A stretch of DNA of 64,000 nucleotides from Antedon mediterranea. Lineage: Eukaryota; Animalia; Echinodermata. The position numbers and the translations under genes were made by a program. Below the pieces are notes generated by a model. It had not been told where the DNA came from, did not search any database, and worked only from the letters and a program-made list of their open reading frames with translations. The DNA is taken from NCBI RefSeq assembly GCF_964355755.1, contig NC_092676.1:19982871-20046870 (forward strand). The letters run 5' to 3'. Positions 25,730 through 61,995 of this stretch are shown here, one piece after another (within the stretch, counting starts at the first letter, position 1; the number at the start of each line of letters is the position of its first letter).

Positions 25730-28700
25730 TTTGAAAGTGAAAATGTATTAAATATTTCATTTCTAAATTCTAAACACTTTAAAGGTTTAGCAAACAAAAA
25801 GCAAAACTATTTCATCAATTATAAATATTTATCAATTCTGTATTTATTTGACTGTATTTTGTGTTTCTATATTGCAATATAAGTTTTCTCTCCTTTTTTA
25901 TTCACTTCATTTGATCATGTAAAATTATTTTTATTTTCGACTCAGGGGTAAGTCAGACAAGATTACCTTGTAAAGTGTAATGCAACAGTCAATGCAAAGA
26001 CCTAATATATCAGTAATGCTTACTGTAGATTCAGTAAGGATTCTGATACAGGTGTCAAAAGATATTTGTTTTCTCAGGTGTATAAAACAGCCTATTTTAT
26101 TTAGACAGAAATATGTATCATAGGGTGTAGTCCTATGTTTCTTGTACATCCCAAAAAATGCGTTTAATGCTGTTTTGTTTAATTTATTAGCTTTTTTGTC
26201 AAATAAAATAATAATGTACTACTAATATTAAACCGATAGGTGCATTTTTCATTACTACCGAATTTCTTGTCATGTGTTCCATACCTGTGAATTCTGAATT
26301 TGGAATAAAGGGATACAAATTAACCTTTGACATTTTGTACATAGATATGTATACGCTGCGCACCCTTTTTATTTCAAATTCTCTATCCACTGGTACCAAT
26401 AGGTATCACTAATGTACAAGGACATTTCAGTTTTTAAATATTTTTGTGTGTGCTTGTTATGTTTAGCCTATATTTTTTGAGTAAAAAATGAGTATTTTAA
26501 ATTTTTGATGTGAAAACTAGTTGATTATCAATAAATAAGATTGTAAATGATTTTAATTTAAAACTGAAGTTAGTTTTCTTTGAAACAAAAGCAGAATTTA
26601 AGTTGTTTTTGTTTTAGGAATCTCGGTTTACAAAAAGGAAATGGTTAAATCATAGGACACATATATGTCTATTGTTCAAAAAGTCATTCTCTCACGTTAC
26701 AATAATTATATTATTATTTTATGTTTCAATTGTGGATACGTTATTTATTTTATGGCAAAATATAGCCCCATTTCAACATCCACTCTTACACAATGATACT
26801 GGTATTGATATAAGCCCACCTAAATTTAAAATAAACATAAAAAATAAAACAGTGATGTACAGGGGCAGTGGGTTTATACATTGTAGGCACAGTAAACTTA
26901 AATATAATTAAAGTATCTATAGTAATGAATTATAAATATGTATATCCTTTGATACAATTTAATTTTAATAGATATATTTAAGAATATTTTACAGATAAAC
27001 TGAATATTTGTTTTTTTTTTTATCCTGGTAAAATGTAATTCTTAGATGTTATATGTTAATAAAAATATACAGACAGTCTGTGTACAAATGATTCTTTAAT
27101 TTTGATTATTTTGTCACATTTATAAAGCAGTAACAGTCTAGGGCAGGTCCAGGGGAAGCACTAAGCTACTCTACCCTTTTTGACCGCTAAAATTAAATTA
27201 TAAATTACTCTTTGATATATTTTTTGACAGACTTTCAATATTATATGTTTGCGCTCCTCTGTTAAAAAAATCCTGGTTCCGCCCCTTTATAATTTCTTAC
27301 AGTACAAGTCTTCAGCATTAACAAATAGGCCTTCAAGAAACATATTTTTATAGTGTACACTCCAGTACATGCATTTTGAAAGCTCTCCAGTTTCATAATT
27401 TCAATACAATCAATACTTAGACTTTTGTACTAAAAAGAAATTGAAAGTCAACTTTCAATACATTTTAAAAGCCAAATAATACACTGTATATAATAGTATA
27501 GACAAATCCATTATAATTAAATTTATAGTGGTAAAATCATTAATTTCATTTACTTGTATAAAGAAGGTCTATTAAGGTTTATGCTCTGATGAATCATGGG
27601 AAAAGATATTATTTTAGCCTAGTCATATTTTTGTAAACCGCAGAATGCATTTTTGCAGATTAAGTCAGAACACTGAAGTTAAGCGATGTTTTAGGCCAGA
27701 CAGAACTTGGAGGCGTCTGAGAATGGGTGCCGTATAGATCTTTCCAAGTGACTTGGCATAATGGTTTAGAAATACCATACAAGAGGCATGGGTTCCAGCC
27801 TTTGTCTGTGCCATATTAATTGTAAAGGCAAAATGCTTTACTCTCAATGCCGCGTCTTTTGGAAGATATTGCTCTTTCATTAAGGGGGCCCCAGAGCCTA
27901 AAAATGGTAAAATGAAGCTTAATTTCGTGTCCTGTCTTTTGCATTACAATTCGCGAAATTTAGATCCCCCCCACCCCCACTTGGATCCGTCCCTGTGTCA
28001 TGTCATTGAACAGTAGAAATGGATCATATAAAATGGACTGTACTCATTTCCAACTTCTAAGCCAAAGGATTCTAAAAATAATCTTGGTTTAGAAATTAGT
28101 ATTAGTCATCATAGCTTAGTGCTATCTGCAACACTACATGTGTGTTTAAATAGCTATCATGAGATACCGTAGATAACACCGTTTACTACATGAAGTGAAA
28201 TAAAGAATATTGGTTAAGTATCAAGAAGGAAACCCAAGCCTAACCTCCTTCAAATGATATTCAACCTTAGGTGGTAGCTATAATAATAGCAAATGCAACA
28301 AAGTTTGTAAATGTATATAACCAGACTATTTGTTTGTTTAGTGATATTTATTTATTTTATATGAGAATTATATTGTATATATTTGAGAGAAAGTGTGTTT
28401 AAAAAAAAGTGTTTATGTATATTAATTTTATTTTAGACAGGTAGCCCTAATTTATTTATATAACTATTTATATTTCAATGTTTAGGGGCTGAACTTGATT
28501 AGTTTTAACTATTTTTTAGCCCTTCCCTTGATATAATTATTATTATTTGTATATTACAATGTTTATAATTTATATTTTATGGGTAAATAAATAAAGAAAG
28601 AAAGAAAGAAGAACGACGTCCAGGAGGCCTAGGTTCAGCTGCATAAAAAAGGGGACGAAAAGAAAGAAAAAATAGGTTGTTGAAATAATCAATATAGTAC

Positions 28701-28788
28701 TGTAAAACGCTGTTATGGCAAAGAAGAACAAACTGCATTGTACACACATGGGTTTGTATATACATGCATACATACAAGTTTGAGCGTT

Positions 28789-30392
28789 TGTACAAATAAC
28801 AGTTTGTGTACATGTACAAATAACAGTCTGCGTACATGTACAAATAACAGTATGCGTACATGTACAAATAACAGTATGCGTACATGTACAAATAACAGTC
28901 TGCGTACATGTACAAATAACAGTATGCGTACATGTACAAATAACAGTCTGTGTACATGTACAAATAACAGTCTGCGTACATGTACAAATAACAGTCTGCG
29001 TACATGTACAAATAACAGTCTGCGTACATGTACAAATAACAGTCTGCGTACATGTACAAATAACAGTCTGCGTACATGTACAAATAACAGTCTGCGTACA
29101 TGTACAAATAACAGTCTGCGTACATGTACAAATAACAGTCTGCGTACATGTACAAATAACAGTATGCGTACATGTACAAATAACAGTCTGCGTACATGTA
29201 CAAATAACAGTCTGCGTACATGTACAAATAACAGTCTGCGTACATGTACAAATAACAGTCTGCGTACATGTACAAATAACAGTATGCGTACATGTACAAA
29301 TAACAGTCTGCGTACATGTACAAATAACAGTCTGCGTACATGTACAAATAACAGTATGCGTACATGTACAAATAACAGTATGCGTACATGTACAAATAAC
29401 AGTCTGCGTACATGTACAAATAACAGTATGCGTACATGTACAAATAACAGTCTGTGTACATGTACAAATAACAGTCTGCGTACATGTACAAATAACAGTC
29501 TGCGTACATGTACAAATAACAGTCTGCGTACATGTACAAATAACAGTCTGCGTACATGTACAAATAACAGTCTGCGTACATGTACAAATAACAGTCTGCG
29601 TACATGTACAAATAACAGTCTGCGTACATGTACAAATAACAGTCTGCGTACATGTACAAATAACAGTCTGCGTACATGTACAAATAACAGTATGCGTACA
29701 TGTACAAATAACAGTCTGCGTACATGTACAAATAACAGTCTGCGTACATGTACAAATAACAGTCTGCGTACATGTACAAATAACAGTCTGCGTACATGTA
29801 CAAATAACAGTCTGCGTACATGTACAAATAACAGTATGCGTACATGTACAAATAACAGTCTGCGTACATGTACAAATAACAGTCTGCGTACATGTACAAA
29901 TAACAGTATGCGTACATGTACAAATAACAGTCTGCGTACATGTACAAATAACAGTCTGCATACATGTACAAATAACAGTCTGCGTACATGTACAAATAAC
30001 AGTATGCGTACATGTACAAATAACAGTCTGCGTACATGTACAAATAACAGTCTGCATACATGTACAAATAACAGTCTGCGTACATGTACAAATAACAGTC
30101 TGCGTACATGTACAAATAACAGTATGCGTACATGTACAAATAACAGTCTGCGTACATGTACAAATAACAGTCTGCGTACATGTACAAATAACAGTATGCG
30201 TACATGTACAAATAACAGTCTGCGTACATGTACAAATAACAGTCTGCGTACATGTACAAATAACAGTCTGCGTACATGTACAAATAACAGTATGCGTACA
30301 TGTACAAATAACAGTCTGCGTACATGTACAAATAACAGTCTGCGTACATGTACAAATAACAGTCTGCGTACATGTACAAATAACAGTCTGCA
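28789..30392. repeat. Homogeneous 24-bp minisatellite (TGTACAAATAACAGTMTGCGTACA)n, about 67 copies
   Basis: Directly visible; explains four ORFs of about 600 aa. Confidence 0.98.
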
Positions 30393-30534
30393 AATGTGTA
30401 TGAATATCAATTTGAGCATGAATTTAGAAAAGGTTTGCAAGTGTGTACAAATAAATTAAACTTACAGAAATGCAAATAACAGTTGAAGTTGAGCAAACTT
30501 GAGCAAATGTGCAAAGATAATAGTTAGAACATAT

Positions 30535-32205
30535 GAGAGTAACATTATGAGCGCATATTACTATAGAGTAACACTATGAGCGCATGTTAGAGTAACACTA
30601 TGAGCGCATGTTAGAGTAACACTATGAGCGCATGTTACAGTAACACTATGAGTGCATGTGAGAGTAACAGTATGAGCACATGTGAGAGCAACAGTATGAG
30701 CACATGTGAGAGCAACAGTATGAGCACACGTTAGAGTAACATTATGAGCGCACGTTAGAGTAACATTATGAGCGCATGTTAGAGTAACATTATGAGCGTA
30801 TGTTAGGGTAACAGTATGAGTGCATGTTACAGTAACAGTATGAGCGCATGTGAGAGTAACGGTATGAGTGCATGTGAGAGTAACAGTATGAGCACACGTT
30901 ACAGTAACAGTATGAGCGCATGTGAGAGTAACAGTATGAGTACATGTGAGAGTAACAGTATGAGCACACGTTACAGTAACAGTATGAACGCATGTGAGAG
31001 TAACAGTATGAGTACATGTGAGAGTAACAGTATGAGCACACGTTACAGTAACAGTATGAGCGCATGTGAGAGTAACAGTATGAGTACATGTGAGAGTAAC
31101 AGTATGAGCACACGTTACAGTAACAGTATGAGCGCATGTGAGAGTAACATTATGAGTACATGCGAGAGTAACAGTATAAGCGCACGCAAGAGTAACAGTA
31201 TGACCGCACGCGAGAGGAACAGTATGACCGCACGCGAGAGGAACAGTATGAGTGCATGTGTGATAGTAACATTATGACCGCACGTGAGAGTAACAGTATG
31301 AGTACACGCGAGAGTAACAGTATGAGTGCATGTGTTATAGTAACATTATGACCGCATGTGAGAGTAACAGTATGAGTACAAGCGAGAGGAACAGTATGAG
31401 TGCATGTGTGATAGTAACATTATGAGCGCATGTGAGAGTAACATTATGAGTACACGCGAGAGTAACAGTATAAGCGCACGCGAGAGTAACAGTATGACCG
31501 CACGCGAGAGGAACAGTATGACCGCACGCGAGAGGAACAGTATGAGTGCATGTGTGATAGTAACATTATGACCGCACGTGAGAGTAACAGTATGAGTACA
31601 CGCGAGAGTAACAGTATGAGTGCATGTGTTATAGTAACATTATGACCGCATGTGAGAGTAACAGTATGAGTACAAGCGAGAGGAACAGTATGAGTGCATG
31701 TGTGATAGTAACATTATGAGCGCATGTGAGAGTAACATTATGAGTACACGCGAGAGTAACAGTATAAGCGCACGCGAGATTAACAGTATGACCGCACGCG
31801 AGAGGAACAGTATGACCGCACGCGAGAGGAACAGTATGAGTGCATGTGTGATAGTAACATTATGACCGCATGTGAGAGTAACAGTATGAGTACACGCGAG
31901 AGTAACAGTATGAGTGCATGTGTGATAGTAACATTATGACCGCATGTGAGAGTAACAGTATGAGTACACGCGAGAGGAACAGTATGAGTGCATGTGTGAT
32001 AGTAACATTATGAGCGCATGTGAGAGTAACATTATGAGTACACGCGAGAGTAGCAGTATAAGCGCACGCGAGAGTAACAGTATGACCGCACGCGAGAGGA
32101 ACAGTATGACCGCACGCGAGAGGAACAGTATGAGTGCATGTGTGATAGTAACATTATGACCGCATGTGTGAGTAAAAGTATAAGTGCATGTTAGAGTAAC
32201 AATAT
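30535..32205. repeat. Diverged 24/26-bp minisatellite (GAGAGTAACAGTATGAGYRCAYGT)n with higher-order repeats
   Basis: 72-bp trimer period in about 30830-31140; marker TAAGCG recurs at 31177, 31471, 31765 and 32059 (294-bp period). Confidence 0.95.
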
Positions 32206-33004
32206 GACCTGTAAGAGTTGGTTTAAATGTTTTAAATGTCTAAATACAACATACGACAAATAATAATATTTCTCTTGACTGTTGAATAATTTATTCATTA
32301 AGCATCTTCACAATATTGGCCACTTTACATGCACATCACCACTTTTCTTCCAAAGTGGTTATGTGAATCTTCTATAGCAACAACAAAAAATTAAATAAAA
32401 ATAACTTCATCATATTAACAAACTAAAACCCAAAATAAATTAGCACTATGTTAAAAACTAACGATTGAATCATTATCAAAATTATAACTATTTTAGAATT
32501 TCTATCCGTAATTATAAATCAAAAACAATATTTGTTAAATGATGAGAAAAAAAAAATCTGTCCAAATAATTTTGAAAGCATGACTAAAATCTAGGATTAG
32601 AAGCACCCCTATTACCTAAATATTGCACAACATCCGATGCGACAAATATGGTTAAACTCAAATGACTGCCGGACTGGTCTCTCAGTCACGGTTTACTGCA
32701 TATTCACCGGTCAAGCTGAAAGCAGGCAGCAGTCAAGGGTCAATTAAAGTGCAAATTTACACCTACTTATTAAACAGAAAGTCATTAAAAATTAAGTAAA
32801 ACAACCCTTTAAAGTCAATATAATTCAAACTAGTTGATATTCATGCTTTTAAAGTTACTTTTGTTATAAGATGGTTATACCGATTTTGTCTGAATAGTAG
32901 AATACATTGGGAAAATATCAGTGTTATAATACATATACCATAATACATTTTGTCCTGGTAAATGTTGCAGTATACAGTACATACCACAGTGGTTTAAATA
33001 CTAT

Positions 33005-33340
33005 ATGTACTACCACAGTGTTATCATGTGCCACAGTGTTACACATACAGCATGGTGTTACACATACAGCATGGTGTTATACATACAGCATGGTTTTATA
33101 CATACACAGTGTTATACACATTACTACTGTGTCTTCATGTACCACTGTGTTTTTTCTCATGTAATAGTGTTATACATGTACCACAGTGTTATACATGTAC
33201 CACAGTGTTATACATGTACCACAGTGTTATACATGTACCACAGTGTTATACATGTACCACAGTGTTATACATGTACCACAGTGTTATACATGTACCACAG
33301 TGTTATACAGTACATGTACCAGTGTTATACTAATGTACCA
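33005..33340. repeat. 19-bp minisatellite (CCACAGTGTTATACATGTA)n
   Basis: About 7 perfect units at 33165-33310 with degenerate flanks. Confidence 0.9.
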
Positions 33341-34123
33341 TTAAAACAGTTATCAGTGCTGTAATACCAGCTAGTGTTCCTGGTAAAATGTACCTTAAGC
33401 TAACTTAGCTAATTTGTTTAAAAACTGGTGTGGGAAAATAATATACAACTCTTATTAAAGTTTGGTTTGAAATCGGTTACCAATACCAAGTGCGAAAGCA
33501 GAGTTAAAATCAATACTCTATACTTGTCAAATGCTATAAAACGACAGTAAAGCCCAAAGTGCACTTCATACTGTATATAATGTATACATCTGCAAAACCA
33601 AATCAGAAATACTATTTTGAACAAATGGATTGAAAGTGATCGAATATACATGTCCTCACATCAATTCAATAGAAATGTTTGTTTTGACAATCAGAGAACT
33701 ACTTTTGTTTTATAATTTAAAACAATTACAATCTGAGTATTTATCAAATTTAAAGCACTAAAAATAAATTGAATATAAAAATAATAGTACAGTATAATTT
33801 ATTATAAAAACAAAACAAAATTAAATAGACCTAATTTTTTTAGAATGGTATAAATAGCAAATTAGGATCAGAAAACAAAACATTATTTCTAACACAAAGT
33901 ATTGAAATGAGCATGTTATTAAATTTATTTTCCATCCAACGTGAATTAGCAAAAGGAAGAGTTTAATGATTCGATACCATGATTCAATTTGAACTCATAA
34001 CTAGGGAAGTGGTATTATTGAATACAAATTATTATGGGTATTACTCTATGTAGTGGGTTCTGTGGGTTCTAAGATCCTGTGTGACGTATCAGGTCTATTA
34101 TATCCTTACCTCACCATTCTCAC

Positions 34124-34248
34124 ACCGCTTTCACACTACCAAGAAAACAAACTCTCGAGTTTACAATTCAAACACACACTTGGAAGCACATCATACAACA
34201 CCCCAGTGTGTGTAAACCCTAAGTTTTGCTAGGCAGTGTGAAAAGGGT
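34124..34248. mobile_element. Degenerate Harbinger-type MITE
   Basis: ACCGCTTTCACACTACC...GGCAGTGTGAAAAGGGT inverted ends. Confidence 0.5.
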
Positions 34249-35397
34249 ATTAGACCCTATCTTACCTAATGGGTGGATACAAATAGGAAACATATTTGAG
34301 AGGATAACAACACACAACTACAATAACAATCTGATTAAAACTCAAATGTTATGCATCTGCAAACAGATTAACAAACCAGCAGAATTATAGATTGCCAGAA
34401 ACTAATCCCTATCAATCCAAGTCTCTGGGAGAAAATGAAAAGGAAACAAACGAATGTATAGATAGAACATTAACATCACCACAATCTCATTGTGTGCAAA
34501 ATCTACTATTAGTTTTAACCGGTTTGGACTGGCTTCCTCAGAAGACCTTGATCTTATAACAAGTAAATCCCATTCATAGGAAACCAGACTGAACTAGAAA
34601 GAACACAAGCAAAGTACAGATCATTTAAAAATGGATTTAAAACCAACTTGAAAGGGGTTTGACAGTAGACCAAAATATAAAACTTGCAGAGCTATAGGAT
34701 TAATATAAATGTAACAAAACGGAATCCTTAACAAATGCAAAACAATCGCATTTAATGATGCTATGAAGACAACCACATTTATGATAGGCCTAGAGGGAGT
34801 TTATCCTCAGAAGGGAACCCAAACAATAATGCATCATGCCAAAAATATTTAGTGTACAACAAGTAATGAGGTGCCAACATAAAAAGAATGGATTCAAAGA
34901 TCCACAAGATTAAGACAAAATGCATTAATAGCAAAGTGTTACCATATATCTCTTAATGTCTCTATATACACCATGTTATCATTACGTTATATTTTATATA
35001 TATACTTATATACTGTACAAATCATTGGATAGAATTTATCGTCATAAAAGGCAGAATACCTGACATTGAAACATATTGAGCTTAACTTGACAGGAAAAAT
35101 AAATCCAACTGAAATCGTTGTTAATTTGATTTGAGTTTGAAATGGTTAAAGATTGAGTAGCGAGTACGGATTTATATTTCAAAGGTTAGACTTAAATTGT
35201 GCATAATAGGGCATTCTTAAAGTATGGAGTTGTTTTGAATATTAACATTACTGTATTGAAGTATTAATAGTGCTTAATACAAAAATTGCTTAGAAATTCA
35301 ATGTGACCATTAAAAGGTGTTTATTTGTCATATGAATTATTGTGTGTAGAATAATATACTGTAGGAAAAAATTCTATTATTTCAATGTCTGCGAACA

Positions 35398-35631
35398 CAG
35401 TAAAACCCCTATCAAGGCACATCATCGGGACCCAACAAAGTGTCTTCTAAATAGGGGTGTCCCCTGAATAGAGATTGGCTGTAGTGTTCAAACATAAATT
35501 TCCCCTCATGCGTTTTACACATAGTGTCTTCTCAATAGGGGTGTCCTCTGAATAGAGATTGGCTGTATTGTTAAAACATAAATTTCCCCTCATTCGTTTT
35601 ACAAATAGTGTCTTCTTAATAGGGGTTGACT
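35398..35631. mobile_element. Tc1/mariner-like MITE with an internal tandem duplication of about 84 bp
   Basis: CAGTAAAACCCCTAT...ATAGGGGTTGACTG|TA; related fragment in reverse orientation at about 44555-44705. Confidence 0.7.
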
Positions 35632-36754
35632 GTAGTGCTAAAACATAGAAGAGATGTAGATATGCAGATACCCATTAAGCTCTGTATTAGTACATCATAC
35701 AGACATCAAATGGTTCCTATTGTCTTTTCATATGGAAAGAAAAAAGTGCATTTTGAAAAAGAGGAAATGACTATCTATTGTCCACTGTTATTATACCAGT
35801 GTTTTATACCACCCAAATTATTGCTTTTTCCTGACCAATATTATTTACAGAGTTTATTATATTGTCGCAACTGTACACAATAGCTTTATTTTCTGAATAT
35901 ATAATCTTAAGGTATGTAGGTGAGTTTATATCATTCAAGGAGGCTTAAAATAATAGGCTCAAGTGATTCGCAATAAGGCCACTAAACTGCTAAACAACAT
36001 GCATAGACTAAGGTATACAGGGTTAGGAATCAACATTCTCCCAGCCCCTCATCACATTGTCCAACTTATCCTCCTTTCTGTTCCTTTTTTTTATTTTCTA
36101 TAATGTTTACTTCATCTCTTCCTGTCCTTTCTACTCTTCCTATCCCTCTTTCCACATAATCTCTACTTCCTTTCTCATATTACTTCTCCATCAATCATTC
36201 CTGCCATCTTCGTTCCATTCTTCTACCTCCCGCATCATCCCCTACTCTCCCTTCCTCCCATTTCATTCATTCTTACTTTTCTCCATATCAGCGATATTCT
36301 CCTTTACATAGATACCTACAGTCACTAAATCATCTCCTATTATTATCCTCTTTTCCATGCTTTCCAACCTTTGATCCTAGAGCAAGCATGGGAAGACAAC
36401 GCAAGGCATAATCACACTGTTTTACTTTACATCACGATAAATTTTTGCCAAAAATACATTCTTATTTATTCATTTATTATCTATATACATATATATCATT
36501 GTTAACGTTTTCTTTGGCAACAAAAACAACAACACAGTGATAATATTAAGCCAAAAAACAACGCAAGTGCTCAGGATTTAGGTATTAGGAGTGAGGCTTA
36601 AGTGATATAGAGGTTTAACATGCATTACAGGTATGTTTTAAATTCATTTGAGTCCTTCTTGATAATCTGAAATGGTAGCTGCCTATAAGCCAGCTATTTT
36701 ATATACAAACTATGGCTGATGTATGGATCACTTCACAGATAATCTGAGATAACT

Positions 36755-37100
36755 AGGTCATGACGAAATCGAATCATGACCCTAATCATCTCATAATGAT
36801 CATCTCATGATGATAATCAGAGCATGACAACAATCAGGTGATCATCTCATGACTATAATCAGATCATAACAATGATCAGGTGAGCATTTCATGACTATGA
36901 TGATCACCTGATCACGGCGACCATAATCAGATAATATCAGGTGATCATTTTATGGTCACCTAATGACTGTGACTAGATCATGCGATGATGATAATGATCA
37001 AGGATGATCATGTCATGATGATTATGATGACTAATTATGATGATTATAGTAATTATTGCATGACGACAATGATGACGAGTAAATTCTATTTATGATACTA
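36755..37100. repeat. Degenerate (GAT/ATC)-rich, TGATCA-rich low-complexity repeat
   Basis: Recurring gatcatctcatgac and atgatgat motifs. Confidence 0.7.
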
Positions 37101-37311
37101 CTTATGTTAGTAACAATTATTGATAATGGCGATGATTAAAGAGATTGATTTTTAAATATTATTTTCAAAGCAGTATCTAATATTTAAATACACACTTTCT
37201 CAAGTATCTAATATTTAAATACACACTTTCTCAGATACATTTACATATTAACATACCCAGACTGGGTAATAGTCCAACATATCCAAGCCATGGATTCTAA
37301 TGAATATATTC

Positions 37312-37336
37312 CTAATGTACAAAACGCTGACAGAGC
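37312..37336 (-). CDS. Candidate alternative STK38 terminal exon adding LCQRFVH*
   Basis: Strong acceptor gtttttgttttctcag at 37337-37352; phase 2 matches a donor AG|gtagac that overlaps the exon-10 stop codon. Confidence 0.45.
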
Positions 37337-37519
37337 CTGAGAAAACAAAAACGACAAACATACGACGACGACAACAATGATTGCATTGACTAATAAGAAG
37401 GAATGATGCTGTCGACCAATCACAAACTCAATCTTCTTCACCTGACTTGCATAGACTATTCCACGAGATTTTCAAGACAACCGTTGTGTAACAATATTAC
37501 AGACTGAGCAAAATTCTAA

Positions 37520-37942
37520 AGCTCTGTCTACACTATCAAACAAGTTTGACAAAAAAAGTGTGATGTGCCCAAATATGGTAGTGATATGCTTAAATATGGT
37601 AGTGATATGACATCACCATGTCCATATATGGGCACATCAATCTTTTTGCCACATAAAGTTTGATAGTATAGACAGAGCTTGACTCCTATGATATGTAGCT
37701 CTGTTTTATATTTCTGACTTCAAGACATAACGTAACCATTCAACCATGTATATCTGCCTTCCTTTATAGCAGTTGCAAATTGAGCTGTCTACATTATCAA
37801 ATTTTATGTGACAAAAAAATGGGATGTGCCCATATTTGGACATGATGATGTCGTATCACTACCATATTTGGCCATATCACTACCATATTTGGGCACATCA
37901 CACTTTTTTTTGTCAAGCTAGTTTGCTAGTGTAGACAAAGCT
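37520..37942. mobile_element. Two oppositely oriented Harbinger MITE family B copies (37520-37679 and 37783-37942)
   Basis: Same TIRs; internal motif aaatatggtagtgatat in the first copy and its reverse complement in the second. Confidence 0.85.
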
Positions 37943-38235
37943 TAAGAAACAATATTCATCAACTATATTGATCTATTGTCACATATGTTTAAATAACAAT
38001 TGAACATAGTTTACTCATTCTTGTTTGTGGTAAACATACATAAAAACATCTGTTTTCCACTGAATGCAGTGAATTTACACAAATAACACATCTTTTTCAC
38101 TCAAAACATTACACATGACAAACATATAGATTTTTGAAATGAATAATTTAGTGAGAGAGAATAATTTTAAATGCTTTTTTATGCTAGAAAAACTTCATCT
38201 GTTAAGTACATATTAGTTTCGTTGGTGGCTACCGT

Positions 38236-60245
<22,010 letters not shown>

Positions 60246-61774
60246 CAGTCACTATGGCTCAGACCTGATCTGTGAAGGAATAATAATTTTCGCTTATGTT
60301 GTTGAAAATTATAATTAAATAACTTAACTGCACTGTAGTCGAATTATTTTAAAAAAAATGTTACTAAAAAAAAATAGACTTTCAATTAACCAGAAATAAA
60401 GGAATTTGGATAAGGCTCTTATTGGGGCATAGTAGCCACATCACCCAAAAGACAATACCCTATTCTTCTTTGAACTGATCTGAGAAACAAGGCAATGACA
60501 GTATTTGAAGGTTTTTTTGGCATAAAAAACACAAACAAGATGGCGCAAGAATGTTGTGGAGTCATATCTTCTCAAAAAAGCCTTATTCCTGCACATCATG
60601 CAGATTCTTCCTTGCCGCTCTGAAAACACAGTGGATTGCGTGGATCACATGTACAACATATTATGTTATGGTTTTTAACTATAGAAGCAATCAACTTAAC
60701 TATTTTCTGTGTTCGTTGGGACTACAGTATTATTGATCTTTAGTTTAAGAGGAAGCCTACTGTACAAACAATAAAACAGTACAATTAGAAAAGGACAGTT
60801 AATGAGATTTATAAATTCCTTAAAAAACGATGCAAATCAAATTTAAATATTTAAATACATGAACAACATACGGATTGTACAGGCACGAGTCTCTGTTTAT
60901 AATTATTTGTTCAATGATTTAAATATAATACACCATTTGTACAGCATGTAGAAATGGTGTCTACCGTATTAAATAGCGTGTACAGAAGGCGTTGAAATCC
61001 ATACGACGGAAACACAGAACTGTTTCACATGCAAAGTTACTCTGATTACCGAAACACCATTGTAATCAGAACCCGACAATAGAACTTAAGTAATGATCTT
61101 AAAATAAACAGTATAAAATGTGTCATTATAAAAGAATCTTTGACCTAAAGCCTGGGGAGTGGAGACTAGCCAACGCAGCATGTGTGTCTATGTTGTCAGG
61201 TCATGGTCTGTGAATGCTGGATACGTATTTATTAATTATTATTTGACCTCTGAACTGATTCTGAATTCTATTCTAAGACTATTTGTCATACTCCTTTTAA
61301 GGAACAGGTTTTTTTTTTAATTAGTAAATTCAACTTATATTTTACATCTCTCTGATTTTATCTACTAAGGTACTATAAAAACTCTTTTCTTTGTTCAAAC
61401 AAAACCAATACCATGCTTCCAATTACATCCTTGTTGGTAGCCACCCTATGGTTTTTGCTACCACAAAGTAAATACCAATAGTCGTGGCATGAAATAGAAC
61501 TGAAAGTGATAAGTACTGTATTGAGTATTTAACATTAAATGTGTACTTTACTCTACTACACTATAGCATTTTCTTCAAACAAATTTGATAAAAGAAAAAC
61601 AAAGACAAGAAAAAAAAGAAAGAAATAATATAGAAATATGATAAAATAAATTATATACTGTATGATAAAATACAGTAAAAATCAAAAACGTTGAATCATG
61701 GCTCCCTCTCATTATTGGGAGTCATTTTTATACTACAGTATGTTATTTAAGTATAGAAATTTATTGAATGTATT

Positions 61775-61995
61775 TCTTGATCAATAATCAATCAAACTTG
61801 ATCAATATAATCAATCAAACTTGATCAATACTCAATCAACCTTGATCAATACTCAATCATCATTAATCAATCAACCTTGATCAATACTAAATCAACATTG
61901 ATTAATAATCAATCAAACTTGATCAATACTCAATCGACATTAATCAATACTCCATTAATCAATTAATTAATTAATAATCATAAATAATTAATCTT
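61775..61995. repeat. Degenerate repeat of about 20 bp (TCAATCAAACTTGATCAATA)
   Basis: Directly visible, AT-rich. Confidence 0.75.

Noticed and set aside
28789-30392. Array of p53-family half-sites (ACATGT core)
   Set aside because: The flanks GTA/TAC do not fit RRRCWWGYYY, and the spacing does not produce full sites.
28570-30459. Four ORFs of 573-607 aa with Cys-rich repeats (TVICTCTQ, TCTNNSLR), superficially like antifreeze or metal-binding proteins
   Set aside because: They are translations of a 24-bp DNA tandem repeat open in several frames on both strands, with no signal peptide, splice context or codon-position bias.
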